Shown: positions 1-11,723, numbered from the stretch's first letter. The stretch: 64,000 nucleotides of DNA from an uncultured Planctomycetaceae bacterium (GCA_963785305.1 CAWAUV010000005.1:192001-256000); one strand, 5' to 3'. Notes: generated by a model not told the origin, from the sequence alone. Numbers and translations: made by a program.

Positions 1-836
1 GGGCGAAGTTGCGGAACTCTTCGTCGATGCGGTCGAACAACTCAGCCACCTCCGGCGCGCCGGCCGGAGCGTGCAGTGTGTAGGCGGCGTCGAACGCTTC
101 GCGTTCGCTCCACGGTTCGTCGCGCATCGAGGGCAATAGCGACGACAAGTTCACCGCGATCTGCAAGCCGCTCGCCGCTTCGGCTTCGGGCAACAACAAC
201 TCTTGCCGCGAATGCCGCGCCACGAGGTCGGCGAGATGGGCCGGCAGGTTCCAACGCCGGGCCATGTACTCGGCCGCGTCGGCGTGGTTCCAACCGAAGC
301 GCTCGGTCTCGAGCTCCGAGAGGCGGCGGCCCGAGGCGCGATGTTCGCGGAACATGGCGGCGTAGTCGTCCGGCAGCGCCTTGACCAAGAGCGGCAGGCT
401 CATGTCTTGCAGCAGCGCCGCGGCAAAGGCTTCTTCGGCGTCTTGGAGTTTCAGCAACTTGGCGAAGGCCCGGGCAAACAGGCCGCGGTAGAGCGAATCT
501 TTCCAGAGGGCCGCGACATCGAGTTCGCCTTGGGCTCCGCTGGGCGTGAGGCTAAACACGGCGCTCCAAAGCACGAAGTTCTTGATTGTGCGCGCCGACG
601 AGCGAGATCGCCAGCTTGATATTCGACACATCGCGCGAGAAGCCGAAGTACGACGAATTCACGAACTTGAGCACCTGGCCGGCCAGGCCCGGATCGGCCT
701 CGATCGGGGCGGCGAATTCGACCGGCGGCACTTCCGACTCACGAGACCAAGCGAGCAGTTGCAGGGCGCTTTGCGGCAGGGCGGGCAGTTGGGAGTCGCT
801 GAGCAGGGTCTTGAGGTCGATCGCGCGTTGCGTCAT
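1..836 (-). CDS. HDOD domain signalling protein (3' end runs off window; frameshift near 590)
   Basis: MTQRAIDLKTLLSDSQLPALPQSA...IEADPGLAGQVLKFVNSSYFGFSRDVSNIKLAISLVG is a typical HDOD N-terminus; another frame continues with LWKDSLYRGLFAR...AFAAALLQDM...FGWNHADAAEYMARRWNLP. Confidence 0.85.
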
Positions 837-1367
837 GGCGTTTGGCTCGCTGGCTCGGGGTGTGGAATTCGTCGAGATCGGCGGGCGATCCCGCACAAGT
901 CTAGGCCATATTCGCCGAGCCACGCCGGGCGAAATCCTCGAGAATAGGAGCCACGGAACGCGACGAAAGCACGCGGAAATGGTGAATGGAGGAGCGGATT
1001 CGGAATTCATTTCGCGGCGCGCGGCCGGACTCGGCGCCGCGGCGATTCCCCCCCGTTGCTTTCGCTCCCCCTACGCCTCTCGACAGGAGAGAGATTTCCC
1101 GATGCGGCAAAAGGACCCCCTGTTTGGGAAAGGCGACACTCGGGCGGCGGCGATGTTGCCGCGCGGCAACACGGGCCACGGCCCATGAGCAGGGTTCAGC
1201 GATGCGACGAGCGGCTATAAATCATTGTCGACATGGGGTTTGCGGAATTCGCTCGTCGAGACGTTCGCGCGTCCGGCGCCAAAGGTGCTTTGAATTTATC
1301 GCATTGCCAGCAGCCAATCTGCGCGGCGTCGAAAACAAAGCCCTTCTCTGTCGTGCGAGGCGCAGCC

Positions 1368-1745
1368 ATGAGTCGTGCCATCTCGATTGCCATGTTTCTG
1401 ATATGCGTCGGCGTCATGGCCGACGCTTCGCCGGCCCTGGCCGCGCCGGCGCAGTCCGCCATGCGGCGCTCGCCTCTTGCCTCGGCGCCGAACTCGCTTC
1501 GCCGGGCCGCGACGCACCGTGCCATCGCCGCCGAGCGCAAGCAGTCGGCCGGCGTGGGCAATCCGGCCGATCCCTGGGGCGCCGAGGAATGGGTGCGCAC
1601 TCGCGACGGGTGGGAGAAAGCCGTCTGGCGGCGACCACGCTCGCGACCCGAACCGCATCCGGCCGTGATCGCGGGACTGATCGCCCTGGCCTCGATCGCA
1701 TCGTTGGTGGCGTTTTGCCCCTCGGCCCCGGCGGCGGCAAAATAA
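1368..1745 (+). CDS. Hypothetical secreted/membrane protein
   Basis: Signal-peptide-like MSRAISIAMFLICVGVMADASPALA; WVRTRDGWE motif; C-terminal hydrophobic HPAVIAGLIALASIASLVAF. Confidence 0.6.
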   Translation: MSRAISIAMFLICVGVMADASPALAAPAQSAMRRSPLASAPNSLRRAATHRAIAAERKQSAGVGNPADPWGAEEWVRTRDGWEKAVWRRPRSRPEPHPAVIAGLIALASIASLVAFCPSAPAAAK

Positions 1746-1900
1746 AGTTTCGCGACATAACCCTTTTCCGTGCAATGAGATCAGAGAATCGTGGCCGGTT
1801 TTGCGATCGATTTTCGTACGGTTTTCGGCCTTGGCGCCCACTATTTTCCGAGGAGACACAATTGATCGGTTCCTAGTGATTGTAGGAGGCGCCACCCGCC

Positions 1901-4429
1901 ATGCGACTTACGCTCCGCACCATGCTCGCGTACATGGACGACATCCTCGAGCCGAACGACGCCGAGGACATTCGCAAGAAGATGGAGGATAGCAAGTTCG
2001 CCTCCGAGCTTGCTCAGCGCATTCGCGATTGTGTGCGAAACCTGCGATTGCCGGCGCCAAGCCTGCAGGGCCGCGGCCTGGGGCTCGACGCCAACTCGGT
2101 CGCCAAATACCTCGACAATGAACTGCCGGCCGAGCGCGTGGCCGACTTTGAAAAAATCTGCTTGGAGTCCGACAAGCATCTGGCCGAGGTAGCGGCCTGC
2201 CATCAGATTCTCACGCTGGTGTTGGGCGAACCGGCCGATGTCGATCCGGGCGCTCGCGAACGGATGTACGGCCTTTTGGATTTGGCCGACGCCGTGGGCC
2301 CCGCGCCGGAGGCGCCGCCGACGCAAGCTCCGCCCAAGGCCCCGCCGCTGGGCGGCGATGGCGCATCGCTCGGGGCGGCCGGCGGCGACAGGTTGCCACT
2401 CAGCGACGAACGAACCGTGGCGGCGGCCGCCGTCGACGCTGCTCGGCCGGGCAAGCGTCCCAAGCTCGAAGTGCCCGATTATCTGCGCGAAAAGCGAGCC
2501 TCGCGTTTGTGGCCGGTGGCGGCTGTCATGCTGGTGGCGTTTGTGCTCACGGCCGGCATCTTTGCCTTGATTGCTCCGCCCGAGCTGCGACAACAAGCCT
2601 CGGGCTGGCTGCAGAATTCGCCGAGCGACGAAAGCTCGCGAGATAAAGCCGCGGGCGAGCCGAATGCGGGAGGCGCCGCGGGCCAAGCGCCGCAAGGCGA
2701 GGCCGCGAGCGAGACTCCGCCGGTCGCGGCGCCGGTGGAAAAGGCGCCCATGGAGGGCGCTGCAACGTCTGGCGACGGCACTGCGCCTCCCTCGGTCGCC
2801 GATGGCCAAGCGGCGACACCAGCCGCGAGCGTGACTCCAGCCGGCGCCGTGCCGCCGACGAGCGAAGTCGGCGAGCTTGCTCCACCGGGGATCGCGCCGC
2901 CGGTCGCGGAAGCGACGAATCCGGCGATGAGCCCCGCTGGTTCGGCCCCGGCAGGACCGATCGTCGCATCGCCGCTCAATCCCGCGGCGTCGCCGATCAA
3001 CCCGGGAGTGGCGCCACTTAACCCGGCGGGAATGGCTCCGACGCTGCCGAGCGAAACACCAGTGGCCGGGGGCGGTCCGGCGCCACCATCGCTCGGGCCG
3101 GGCGCGGCGGGTGGAGCACCGGGCGGACCCACGGCGATGCCCGACGCCGTGGCCTCGGTCACTCCGGTCGCGCCGCTGGCGCTGGCCCGGGTGGGCCAAT
3201 TGGCGGTGGGCCCGCTGGCGGTGGGCTGGGCGAAGCGGCGGGCGGGCGCAAGGCGCCGCCTTGGCATGTCGGCGAAGAGATCGGCCGCTACACGTCGGAG
3301 CAAGATGTGTTGCTGAAATATGGCCCGGCCCATGCCTGGGAACGTTTGGCCCCCAAGGCGCCGATCGTGGCCGGCGAGCATTTCATGAGTTTGCCCGGCT
3401 ATCGGCCGGTGTTCAGTCTGACGAGCGGGGTGAATGTGCAAGCCGTCGGCCCCTCGGAGTTCACCATTCGAGGCATCGATACGCAAGGCGTGCCGACGAT
3501 CGCCATTCGCTATGGCCGCCTGCTCGCGCTCACGATCGGCAAGGCCGGCGCAACTGCGGATCGAGTTTGGCGATCGCTCGGGCCTCGTGACCTTTGGCGA
3601 CACGAGCTCGGCCCTGGCGCTCGAAGTGGATCAACAGCTTTTGCCGGGCGTCGACCCCGAGACCGAAGTCGCGCCGATCGCGGCCTCGATCTTTGCCACC
3701 AGCGGCTCGATTCGCTGGGAAGAGCGCGGCCAGATTGAAACGATTCAAGGGCCCGCCGGACGCTCGCTCGCGCCACTGCCGATCGCGGAGCTGTCGGGCG
3801 CCGAGATGCCGAAATGGGTGGGGACCGACGCGGTGAGCGTGATCGATCAGAAAGGCGCCGCAGTGATCGAAAAAGACCTCACGCCCGACCGTTCCGTGTC
3901 GCTCGCCATCAAGGAGCTTTCCGAGAATCAACGTTCGGAAGTGCGAGCGCTCGCCACGCGCTGCGCGGGATATCTGAACATATTCGACCCGATGGTCAAC
4001 TCCTTGGGCAACGATCTCGAGCGCAACGATTGGGCCAAGCATATCGAAGCCCTGCGCGCGGCGCTGGCCCGCGATCCGGAAACGGCGGCGCAGGTGCGGG
4101 CGGCGTTCGAAAAACATCGCGGGGCCGACGGCGCGCGGCTCTATCGTATGTTATGGGGCTACTCGGCCGAACAGTTCAAAGGCGGCGCGGCCCAGCAATT
4201 GGTCGAGGACTTGAACAACGACTCGCTCGATTACCGAGTGCTCAGCTTCTGGAATTTGAAGAACATCACCGGCCTCACCCTCTTCTATCGCCCTGAATAT
4301 CCCGAAGCCAAACGCCGCCAAGCGTTCACTCGCTGGAAAGAACGCTGGCGCGAGGGCAAGCTTGTGATGGCGCCCGCGGCCAAGGTGGGTGGCCGCCCGG
4401 CGCGACCGGCGGAAACTCCCGAGCCATGA
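1901..4429 (+). CDS. Conserved planctomycete membrane-anchored protein, putative anti-sigma-like (frameshifts ~3200-3300 and ~3545)
   Basis: AGGAGG RBS; MRLTLRTMLAYMDDILEP...VAKYLDNELPAERVADFEKICLESD; one TM (LWPVAAVMLVAFVLTAGIFALI); Pro/Ala linker; joined ORFs 1901-3316, 3307-3738, 3434-4429. Confidence 0.7.
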
Positions 4430-6142
4430 CCGATCGCGGGGAATCGTTCAACGTCGCCCGGCGTCTCCGTGAGCGGGCGTTCGAGCGGCCCGAGGCGATC
4501 GCTATCGCCGAGCCGCGTTGCCGGGGAATCGCGAGTCGGCGGGACTATCGGCTGGTTACCTTCCGAGAGCTCGACGAGCTCAGCGGGCGCTGGCGCGCGG
4601 ACTCGTGGCCCTGGGAGTGACTCCGGCGCGCGGCTGGCGATGCTTGTGCCGCCGAGCGCCGAGTTTATCGGGCTCGTGTTCGCGCTGCTCAAGGCCGGAG
4701 CGGTGGGCATTCTCATCGATCCGGGCATGGGGCGCCGGAGTCTGATCGGGTGTTTGGCCGAGGCGCGGCCCGAGGGGTTCGTGGCCATTGGTCGCGGGCA
4801 GATCGCGCGGCGGATGTTTCGGCGGCGTTTTCCGCTGGCGAGGTTCAATGTGATTGTCGGCCCGCGCCGCTGGCCGCGCGATGTAACCACGCTCGACGAA
4901 CTGGCCGCGCTGGGAGACGGTTTGACCTCGGAAGAAAATGCGGGGCCGCTTGCCCGCGGGGCCAACGATCCGGCGGCGATTATCTTCACCACCGGCAGCA
5001 CCGGTCCGCCCAAGGGAGTGCTCTATCACCACGCGGCGTTCGACACCCAGGTCGAGCAATTGCAGGCGTTTTACCAGGTGCGGCCGGGCGAGATCGATTT
5101 GCCCGGCTTTCCGCTGTTCGGCCTGTTCAACGCCGCGATGGGCGTGACCACGGTGCTGCCGCAAATGGACCCGACGCGCCCGGCTCGGGTCGATCCGCGG
5201 AAGATCATCGCCGCGATCAATACTTGGCAAGTGACGCAGGCATTTGGCTCGCCGGCGATCTGGAATCGGGTGGGCGCTTTTTGCACGGCTCGCTCGCACA
5301 CGTTGCCAACGCTCGCCAGGGTGCTGGCGGCCGGCGCGCCCGCGCCCGCGCATGTGCTCGAGCAGATGACGCGTTCGATCGCTCCAGGCGGCGATATGCA
5401 CACACCCTACGGAGCGACCGAAGCGCTGCCGGTGGCGTCGATCGCGGCCAGCGAAGTGCTCGGCCACACGATCGCGGCCACGCGCTCCGGGGCCGGAGTT
5501 TGCGTCGGGCGGAAATTCGCGTCGATCGCTTGGAAGATCATTCGCATCGTCGATGGACCGATCGCGGAACTGCGCGAGATCGAGGAGTTGCCCGCCGGCC
5601 AGATCGGCGAACTGATCGTCTCGGGGCCGCAAGTCACGCGATGCTATGTCACGCGCGTGGAAGCCAACCACACGGCGAAGATCGTCGATGGCGAGCGAAT
5701 TTGGCATCGGATGGGCGATGTCGGATACTTCGATGCGGAAGCGCGCTTTTGGTATTGCGGGCGGATGGCCCATCGGGTGCGAACCATTCGGGGCACGCTC
5801 TATACCGAGCAGTGCGAGGCAATTTATAACAACCACCCGGCCATTTATCGCTCGGCGCTGGTTGGAGTGGGGCTCGTCGGAGCGGGGCCGGCGGGCGCCC
5901 GGCGACCGGTCATCATTTGCGAACCTTGGCCGGGTCAATGGCCGCTCTGGCCGGCGGCGAGGCGACGGTTGATGCATGAACTGCGTGCATTGGGCCACGG
6001 CTCACCGCTCACCGCCGAAATCGACGTGGTGCTGCTCCGCCGCGCGCTGCCGGTGGATATTCGCCACAACGCCAAGATATTCCGCGAGCGATTGGCGCCC
6101 TGGGCCGAAGCGCGATTGAAACGAAGGGCGGTCCGCTTGTGA
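4426..6142 (+). CDS. oleC: AMP-dependent ligase, OleC-like olefin beta-lactone synthetase (frameshift near 4590-4610)
   Basis: AMP-binding IIFTTGSTGPPKGV, TPYGATEALP, WHRMGDVG, and the OleC-typical LIDPGMG and LPVDIRHNAKIFRE; directly followed by an oleD-like gene. Confidence 0.85.
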
Positions 6143-7139
6143 AAGCGCTGGTCACCGGCGCCGGGGGATTTCTCGGCTTCGCGATCGTCGAACAACTTCT
6201 CGCGGCCGGCCATGAGCCGCGAGCCTTCGCGCGGCGGCCGACCGACGATCTCGCGCGGTTGGGAGTGCCGCTCGCGCTCGGCGATTTGCGCGATCCGGCT
6301 GTCGTGGCCGCGGCGTGCGAGGGTTGCGATGTGGTGTTTCACGCGGCCGGCGTCGCGGGTATTTGGGGGCCCTGGGATCGCTTTTGGGACGCCAACGTCG
6401 TTGGCTCGCGCCATGTGCTGAGCGGCTGCATGCGCCACGGTGTTCGGCGCCTGGTCTTCACGAGCAGCCCGAGCGTGACGTTTGCCGGCGACGATCAGGC
6501 GGGCGTCGATGAACGAGCGCCCTATCCGCGCCATTGGCTGTGTCACTATCAACACACCAAGGCGATCGCCGAACAGGAGCTGCTCGCCGCTCATGGGCCG
6601 AGCCTCGCCGTGTGCGCGCTGCGGCCACATTTGATCTGGGGGCCGCGCGATCGGCATTTGATTCCGCGGCTGCTGGCTCGGGCACGGCGGGGGCAATTGC
6701 GGCGCGTGGGCGATGGCGCGAATCGGATCGACACGATTTACATCGACAACGCCGCCGAAGCGCATTTGCTCGCCGCCGACGCGCTCGAGGGCGGCGCGGC
6801 CGGCGGTCGGGCTTATTTTCTCAGCCAGGGCGAGCCAGTGAATTGTTGGCAATGGATCGACGAGCTTCTCGCGCTCGCGGGATTGAAACCGGTCGCCCGC
6901 GCGATCTCGACTCGAGCGGCATGGCAAATCGGCGGCGCGCTCGAACTCGCGCATCGTGTCTTGAGCCTGCCCGGCGAGCCGCGAATGACGCGCTTTCTGG
7001 CCGCGCAACTGGGCCGCTCGCACTGGTTCGATATTTCTCGCGCCCGAAACGAGCTCGGTTATGCGCCGCGCGTGTCGACCGAGGAAGGGCTGCGGCGATT
7101 GGCGCCGATCCGCTTTTTTTGGCGGCTCAAGGCGGTTGA
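6139..7139 (+). CDS. oleD: NAD-dependent epimerase/dehydratase, OleD-like 2-alkyl-3-oxoalkanoate reductase (3' end uncertain; called ORF runs to 7272)
   Basis: GAGGFLG Rossmann motif, FTSSPSV, YQHTK (YxxxK), LRPHLIWGPRD; GTGA overlap with oleC stop. Confidence 0.85.
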
Positions 7140-7210
7140 ACTCGCGCGCGGAGAGCGCGGCTCTTCGCGCGGTTCGCGGCTGTCGCGATTTATTCGAGGA
7201 AACAATTGTG

Positions 7211-8104
7211 ATGCGGATCGATCGACAGGCGCTCTTGGCCACGGGTCTCGTGGCGGGTGTCGAATGCCATGACGAAATCGATTCGACGCAGAGCCAGGGG
7301 CGGCGCTTGGCCGCGTCGCTGGCCAACGATCAATTACCGCATTTGATTCTCGCCGATCGTCAAACCGCCGGCCGCGGGCGGGGCGACCACCGCTGGTGGA
7401 CCGGCGCGGACAGTCTGGCGATGAGCCTTGTGTTCGCTCCCGAGAATTTTGGCCTCGGCCGGCCGGCGCGGCCGGCGCGATCGCTGGCCGTGGGCGTGGC
7501 GCTGATCGAGGCGCTGAATGAGGTGATCGCGGAAATCGCGGAAATCGAGGAGACGACCGCGCCACTTGGCGCCGGCGGCTTGGTTCGCGGCGCCCGGCTG
7601 GGCTTGCGCTGGCCCAACGATGTGTATCTGGGCGATCGAAAGTTGGCCGGCGTGCTTTTGGATCTCACGACCAATGAGCGCCATATCTTGGGCGTGGGCG
7701 TGAATACGAACAACCGCTTTGCCGGAGCGCCGATCGAAGTGCGTGCCCGCGCGGTGTCGCTCCTTGAAGCCATGGGCCGGCCGGCGCATTCCGGTCAAAC
7801 CGGCGAGTCCGGGCAGCCCGAGCGACTTATCGATCATGGCCGGCTCGTGGCCGGTTTTCTGAGGCAGTTGACCGCGTGGCTGCCCCGAGTGGAGCATGAT
7901 CCGGAACGGCTCGGCCGCCGATTTAAGGAGCTGTGCTTGCAGCTTGGCGAGCGGCTCACGGTGCATGCGGGCCACGGCCCAGCGGCCGGGGAACCGACGC
8001 GCGGCGTGTGCCTGGGAATCGCCGACGATGGCGCGCTCCTGCTCGACACACCGAGCGGCGTCACGCGCATCTATTCCGGCACGCTTCACGGCGACCGGGT
8101 ATGA
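7211..8104 (+). CDS. birA: Biotin--[acetyl-CoA carboxylase] ligase (no HTH domain)
   Basis: IDSTQ, ADRQTAGRGRGDHRW, LRWPNDVYLGDRKLAGVL, GVGVN, GIADDGALLL. Confidence 0.9.
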   Translation: MRIDRQALLATGLVAGVECHDEIDSTQSQGRRLAASLANDQLPHLILADRQTAGRGRGDHRWWTGADSLAMSLVFAPENFGLGRPARPARSLAVGVALIEALNEVIAEIAEIEETTAPLGAGGLVRGARLGLRWPNDVYLGDRKLAGVLLDLTTNERHILGVGVNTNNRFAGAPIEVRARAVSLLEAMGRPAHSGQTGESGQPERLIDHGRLVAGFLRQLTAWLPRVEHDPERLGRRFKELCLQLGERLTVHAGHGPAAGEPTRGVCLGIADDGALLLDTPSGVTRIYSGTLHGDRV

Positions 8105-8159
8105 CAGCCTGTTGAGCCGAGCGGCCACGGAGCGTCGCCGGCGTGGAGCAAGCGCGGTG

Positions 8160-8330
8160 TCAGCTTTCCTTGAGCTTGTTAAGCTCGGCGAGCACGGCGG
8201 CCAACTCGGCTTCGCCGCGCTTGAGTTCCTCGGGATCGTCGAGCTGCTTTTTTGCTCCAGCGACTTGCATTTGCAGTTTTTGCGCTCGTTGACGCAGGAC
8301 TTCGATTCGTTTCTTGGCTTTCTTGTCCAT
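8160..8330 (-). CDS. Small coiled-coil hypothetical protein (56 aa)
   Basis: MDKKAKKRIEVLRQRAQKLQMQVAGAKKQLDDPEELKRGEAELAAVLAELNKLKES; charged amphipathic helix, downstream of the HlyD cluster. Confidence 0.7.
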   Translation of the reverse strand: MDKKAKKRIEVLRQRAQKLQMQVAGAKKQLDDPEELKRGEAELAAVLAELNKLKES

Positions 8331-8452
8331 GGGAGCATTCTCAAAGAAGATGAAGGGGCCGCCGGCGCGTCCGCGGCGCGGGGCTTCGGAGTCGGTTCGT
8401 CGTGCTGATTGTATCGCGCTGATTTTATCGCGCCGATGGACTCGGCCCGCGA

Positions 8453-10681
8453 TCAGAGTTTGAAATTGAACGTGCGGGCGATGTAGCGCCAAAACCGGTG
8501 TCCCAGGGTTTGCCAGCGGCTGGCGTAAATCTTGGCTTGGCCGCGAAGTCCCACGCGCAACAGGCCATCGGCGTCGTCGAGCGGGGCGCGGGCTTGGTAC
8601 GAAGTGTTAAGCGGGCGATCGCCGCCCTTATCGCCGCGCGTCACCACATCGCCGCCGTTCTTTTGCGTCAACTGGCGGGGCGTGACTTTCATATCGTTGT
8701 TGGCGATCTCGATGATATGGCTCTTGAAAGTCGAGCCCGGAATCTCGTCGAGCAGAATCGACACCGAATCTTGATCGCGCACGAACTCGACATCGTCTTG
8801 CTCGACCACGAGCACCGCCTCGAGCCGCTTGGGATCGCCGATCTGGCAGAACAGCACGCTGTCGCTCAGGTGGGCGCCCAGGTTCCGTCTTTCGAGCGGG
8901 GTGCCGCTCCAATTGGGCAATTGGCCTTCGGCCTTGTTTTCATCGCCGGCTTGGTCCGGCGGCGGAATCACGCTGCCGTCTTCGGGCGCGGTCAGGGTAA
9001 GTCGCTCGACATCGAGTTGCTTCTGGCGAAGTTGCTCCTTGAGCGCGGCGAGCGATTCGAGCAATTGCGGAATTTCGAGGCCCGAGTTGCCGTCGCGCGA
9101 GCGGCGGGCCGAAACGAGCTTGGCGACCACCTGATCACGCTTGTCCTCGAGCTCGGCGACCGAGAGGTCGAGATCGATGCTCGAGAGCCGGCCGAGGGTG
9201 TCGCCCTTGTGTACTTTCTGCCCGGGCACGACATCGATCTCCTCGAGCCGGCCCGGCACATCGACATAGACCGGCTCGGCGTCGCGCGGCTTGACTTCGA
9301 CCGAACACACCACGCGATAGGGCAACGGCGCGAAGGCGATGAAGAGCACGATTCCGGTAAGCGCCGCCAGCGAGAGTCGCATTCGCTTCTGATCCACTTG
9401 ATCGAGCCTTCCGGGGACGGAGAAATACTTGTAGCCCTTCCACAGCGGCTGGCCCACGACGCCGGCGATCGAGGTCCAGGCCAGGATCTGGCTGAGCACC
9501 TTGAGGCGATCGGGGAAGATGCTGTAGAGGAACCACAAAATCGAGATCATCACCACCCAGCGATAAATGCCGGCGGCGACCGAATACAAGGCGAAGAAAA
9601 TCTGATTCCGCTGCGGGAGGAACGGGTCTTCGGGCTGCTCGAGTCCCAGGAACCATTCGCCCATCTTGCGATTGAGAATCGTGGTCGACTTTTGCCGCAG
9701 GTTGGGAATCTCGGCGATGTCGGCCAGGATATAGTAGCCATCGTATCGGAGGAGCGGATTGGCGTTGAACACCAAGGTGCTCACCGAGCACACGAACATG
9801 GTGCTCAGGCACACTTGATTCAAGAGGCCCGGATTCGTGAACCACCAGACGAAGGTGCAGACCGAGGCGATGCAGAGCTCGATATACATGCCGGCGGCGC
9901 CGATATAGGCGCGATGCCATTTGTTCGAGAGCATCCAGGAGTCGGAGACATTGCAGTACAAGCAGGGCGTGAGCACCAGGAACATCACGCCCATTTCGTG
10001 GCACTCGCCGCCGAAATGCTTGCAGGTGAGTCCGTGGCCGAATTCGTGGATCACCTTGGTCAGGGCGAGCGTCACGCCCAGGTAGATCCAATTGTCGCCT
10101 TTGAAGAACTCTTGAAACGTGGGCAGCTTCGCTTCGAACGTGTGGAACTGCACGGCCACGAGCATGAGGGCCGCGAGCCACATCGATACCCAAAACGCGA
10201 CCGCCAGCGGCGAATACATCCACCGCACCCAGGGATAGAGCCACGTGAGCAGCCGATCGGGATCGATGCCCTTGAAGCGAATAGCCAGGATATTGGCGGC
10301 GGCCGAAAGGAACTCCTCGCGCTTCCGCTCGTCGCGGCGCTTCTTGAGTTGCACTCCTTGCCCGGCCACGTCGGCCACCACCAGCCCGCTGCGGTGGAGC
10401 ATCCCCACGAACTGGCCGAGCTCCTCGACGCTGATCTTTTGCGGCGGAAACTGCTCTTCGAAACGGGTCTTGATCTGGTCGAGACTCGTCTGGCAATCAA
10501 GCATTTCCAGGATCGCGAATTCTTCTTCCTGAAACCGGAAGTAGTGCAGCCCGACCGGCTCCTTGACCACCCAATACGTCTGGCCTTGGTAGATCTGTGT
10601 CTTCACGACCAAGTCGCCGCGCATGCGCAGCGGGAGCACGCGCGCCGAACTTGAAACCAGGCTGTCTTGCAGACTCGGCAT
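8453..10681 (-). CDS. Fusion of PqqD-like N-domain, site-2 (M50) zinc metalloprotease and HlyD-type membrane-fusion protein
   Basis: IHEFGH (HExxH) and NANPLLRYDGYY M50 motifs within TM segments; C-terminal lipoyl-like/coiled-coil MFP (VPGRLEEIDVVPGQKVHKGD...LTAPEDG...LRVGLRGQAKI). Confidence 0.85.
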   Translation of the reverse strand: MPSLQDSLVSSSARVLPLRMRGDLVVKTQIYQGQTYWVVKEPVGLHYFRFQEEEFAILEMLDCQTSLDQIKTRFEEQFPPQKISVEELGQFVGMLHRSGLVVADVAGQGVQLKKRRDERKREEFLSAAANILAIRFKGIDPDRLLTWLYPWVRWMYSPLAVAFWVSMWLAALMLVAVQFHTFEAKLPTFQEFFKGDNWIYLGVTLALTKVIHEFGHGLTCKHFGGECHEMGVMFLVLTPCLYCNVSDSWMLSNKWHRAYIGAAGMYIELCIASVCTFVWWFTNPGLLNQVCLSTMFVCSVSTLVFNANPLLRYDGYYILADIAEIPNLRQKSTTILNRKMGEWFLGLEQPEDPFLPQRNQIFFALYSVAAGIYRWVVMISILWFLYSIFPDRLKVLSQILAWTSIAGVVGQPLWKGYKYFSVPGRLDQVDQKRMRLSLAALTGIVLFIAFAPLPYRVVCSVEVKPRDAEPVYVDVPGRLEEIDVVPGQKVHKGDTLGRLSSIDLDLSVAELEDKRDQVVAKLVSARRSRDGNSGLEIPQLLESLAALKEQLRQKQLDVERLTLTAPEDGSVIPPPDQAGDENKAEGQLPNWSGTPLERRNLGAHLSDSVLFCQIGDPKRLEAVLVVEQDDVEFVRDQDSVSILLDEIPGSTFKSHIIEIANNDMKVTPRQLTQKNGGDVVTRGDKGGDRPLNTSYQARAPLDDADGLLRVGLRGQAKIYASRWQTLGHRFWRYIARTFNFKL

Positions 10682-10766
10682 GAGAATGCGAACACGGGAC
10701 GGTGGAATGAAACGAAGACAACGCCGACTCGCGCCGCACGGACGCAATCGCGGTTCCGAAGGCGTT

Positions 10767-11681
10767 TTACTTTTGCAAGCGAATGGTCATGGTGGCCAAC
10801 TGGCCGGGCCGCAGGAGCCACTGGCCATCGTCGCTGCGATTCACCACGTCGGCCAGCACCCGATATTCGCCGCCGGCCTCCACGATCGGGCTCACGAACA
10901 CGACCTTGCCGGGGAATTTCTCCTTGCGGCCGCGGGCCAGTTCGACCTCCACGGTGACCGGCTTGGCGTCGAGCTCTTGCGGCGGATAGTCGCTGGCATT
11001 GAGAAACGCCTCGATCCTCAGGCGATCGACGCGCACGATGCGGACCACCGGATCGCCCGGCGCCACCCATTCTCCGACATGCTTGTAAAGCTTCACCACG
11101 ACGCCATCGATCGGCGAGTCGATCTGGCGACGTTGAATGCTCAATTCGGCGGCGTCGACGGCGGCTTTCTTGGCTTCGGCCGTGTAGATGTTTACTTTTT
11201 GCTCGTGCTCGGCCTGTTCGATCTGAAGCTCGGCCTTGCGCCATTCGAGCTTATACTTGAGCAGGTCCATTTCGGTAACCGAGCCCGGCACGCGGCGGGC
11301 GGCGTCGGCATTCTTTTCATACGTCGCCTTGGCGACGGCCGTGGCGGCCTTGGCATAGCGCACATTCACATCGTTCGAGGCCGACTCCTGGGCCGTTTCG
11401 AATTCCTTGCTCTTGATGCGTTTTTCCATGGTCGGCTCGCTGTCGTCGATCCGCCCGACCATGCTGCCCGCCTTGACCTGCATGCCTTCTTTGGCTTCGA
11501 GCGACACGAGCACTCCGGCCTCGCGGCCTGGAACTTGCGCCTCTTCGAGCATCGACACGAGACAGTTTTCGATCAGCGGGTCGGTGAGCGCGGCGCCCTT
11601 GGGACGGACCGGGGCCGCCGCGCTCGAAACCGGACCCAAGCTCGTCGCCAGGACGAGCCACGTCGCCAGGAATGTGCCCAT
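10767..11681 (-). CDS. HlyD/RND periplasmic adaptor subunit
   Basis: Signal peptide; VPGREAGVLVSLEAKEGMQVKAG; IDSPIDGVVVKLYKHVGEWVAPGDPVVRI; LLRPGQLATMTI. Confidence 0.9.
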   Translation of the reverse strand: MGTFLATWLVLATSLGPVSSAAAPVRPKGAALTDPLIENCLVSMLEEAQVPGREAGVLVSLEAKEGMQVKAGSMVGRIDDSEPTMEKRIKSKEFETAQESASNDVNVRYAKAATAVAKATYEKNADAARRVPGSVTEMDLLKYKLEWRKAELQIEQAEHEQKVNIYTAEAKKAAVDAAELSIQRRQIDSPIDGVVVKLYKHVGEWVAPGDPVVRIVRVDRLRIEAFLNASDYPPQELDAKPVTVEVELARGRKEKFPGKVVFVSPIVEAGGEYRVLADVVNRSDDGQWLLRPGQLATMTIRLQK

Positions 11682-11723
11682 TGCTAATGCTCCTCGCGAT
11701 GGCTCGCGGCCATCGCTCTCGTA

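Noticed and set aside
1080..1210. Possible c-di-GMP riboswitch near the HDOD gene (GGCAAA...GAAAGG; palindrome TGTTGCCGCGCGGCAACA)
   Set aside because: Stems and spacing do not fit the aptamer consensus by eye; needs an Infernal scan
8498..10654. 718-aa plus-strand ORF and many other long antisense or alternate-frame ORFs
   Set aside because: Shadow ORFs of high-GC coding genes with no recognisable motifs
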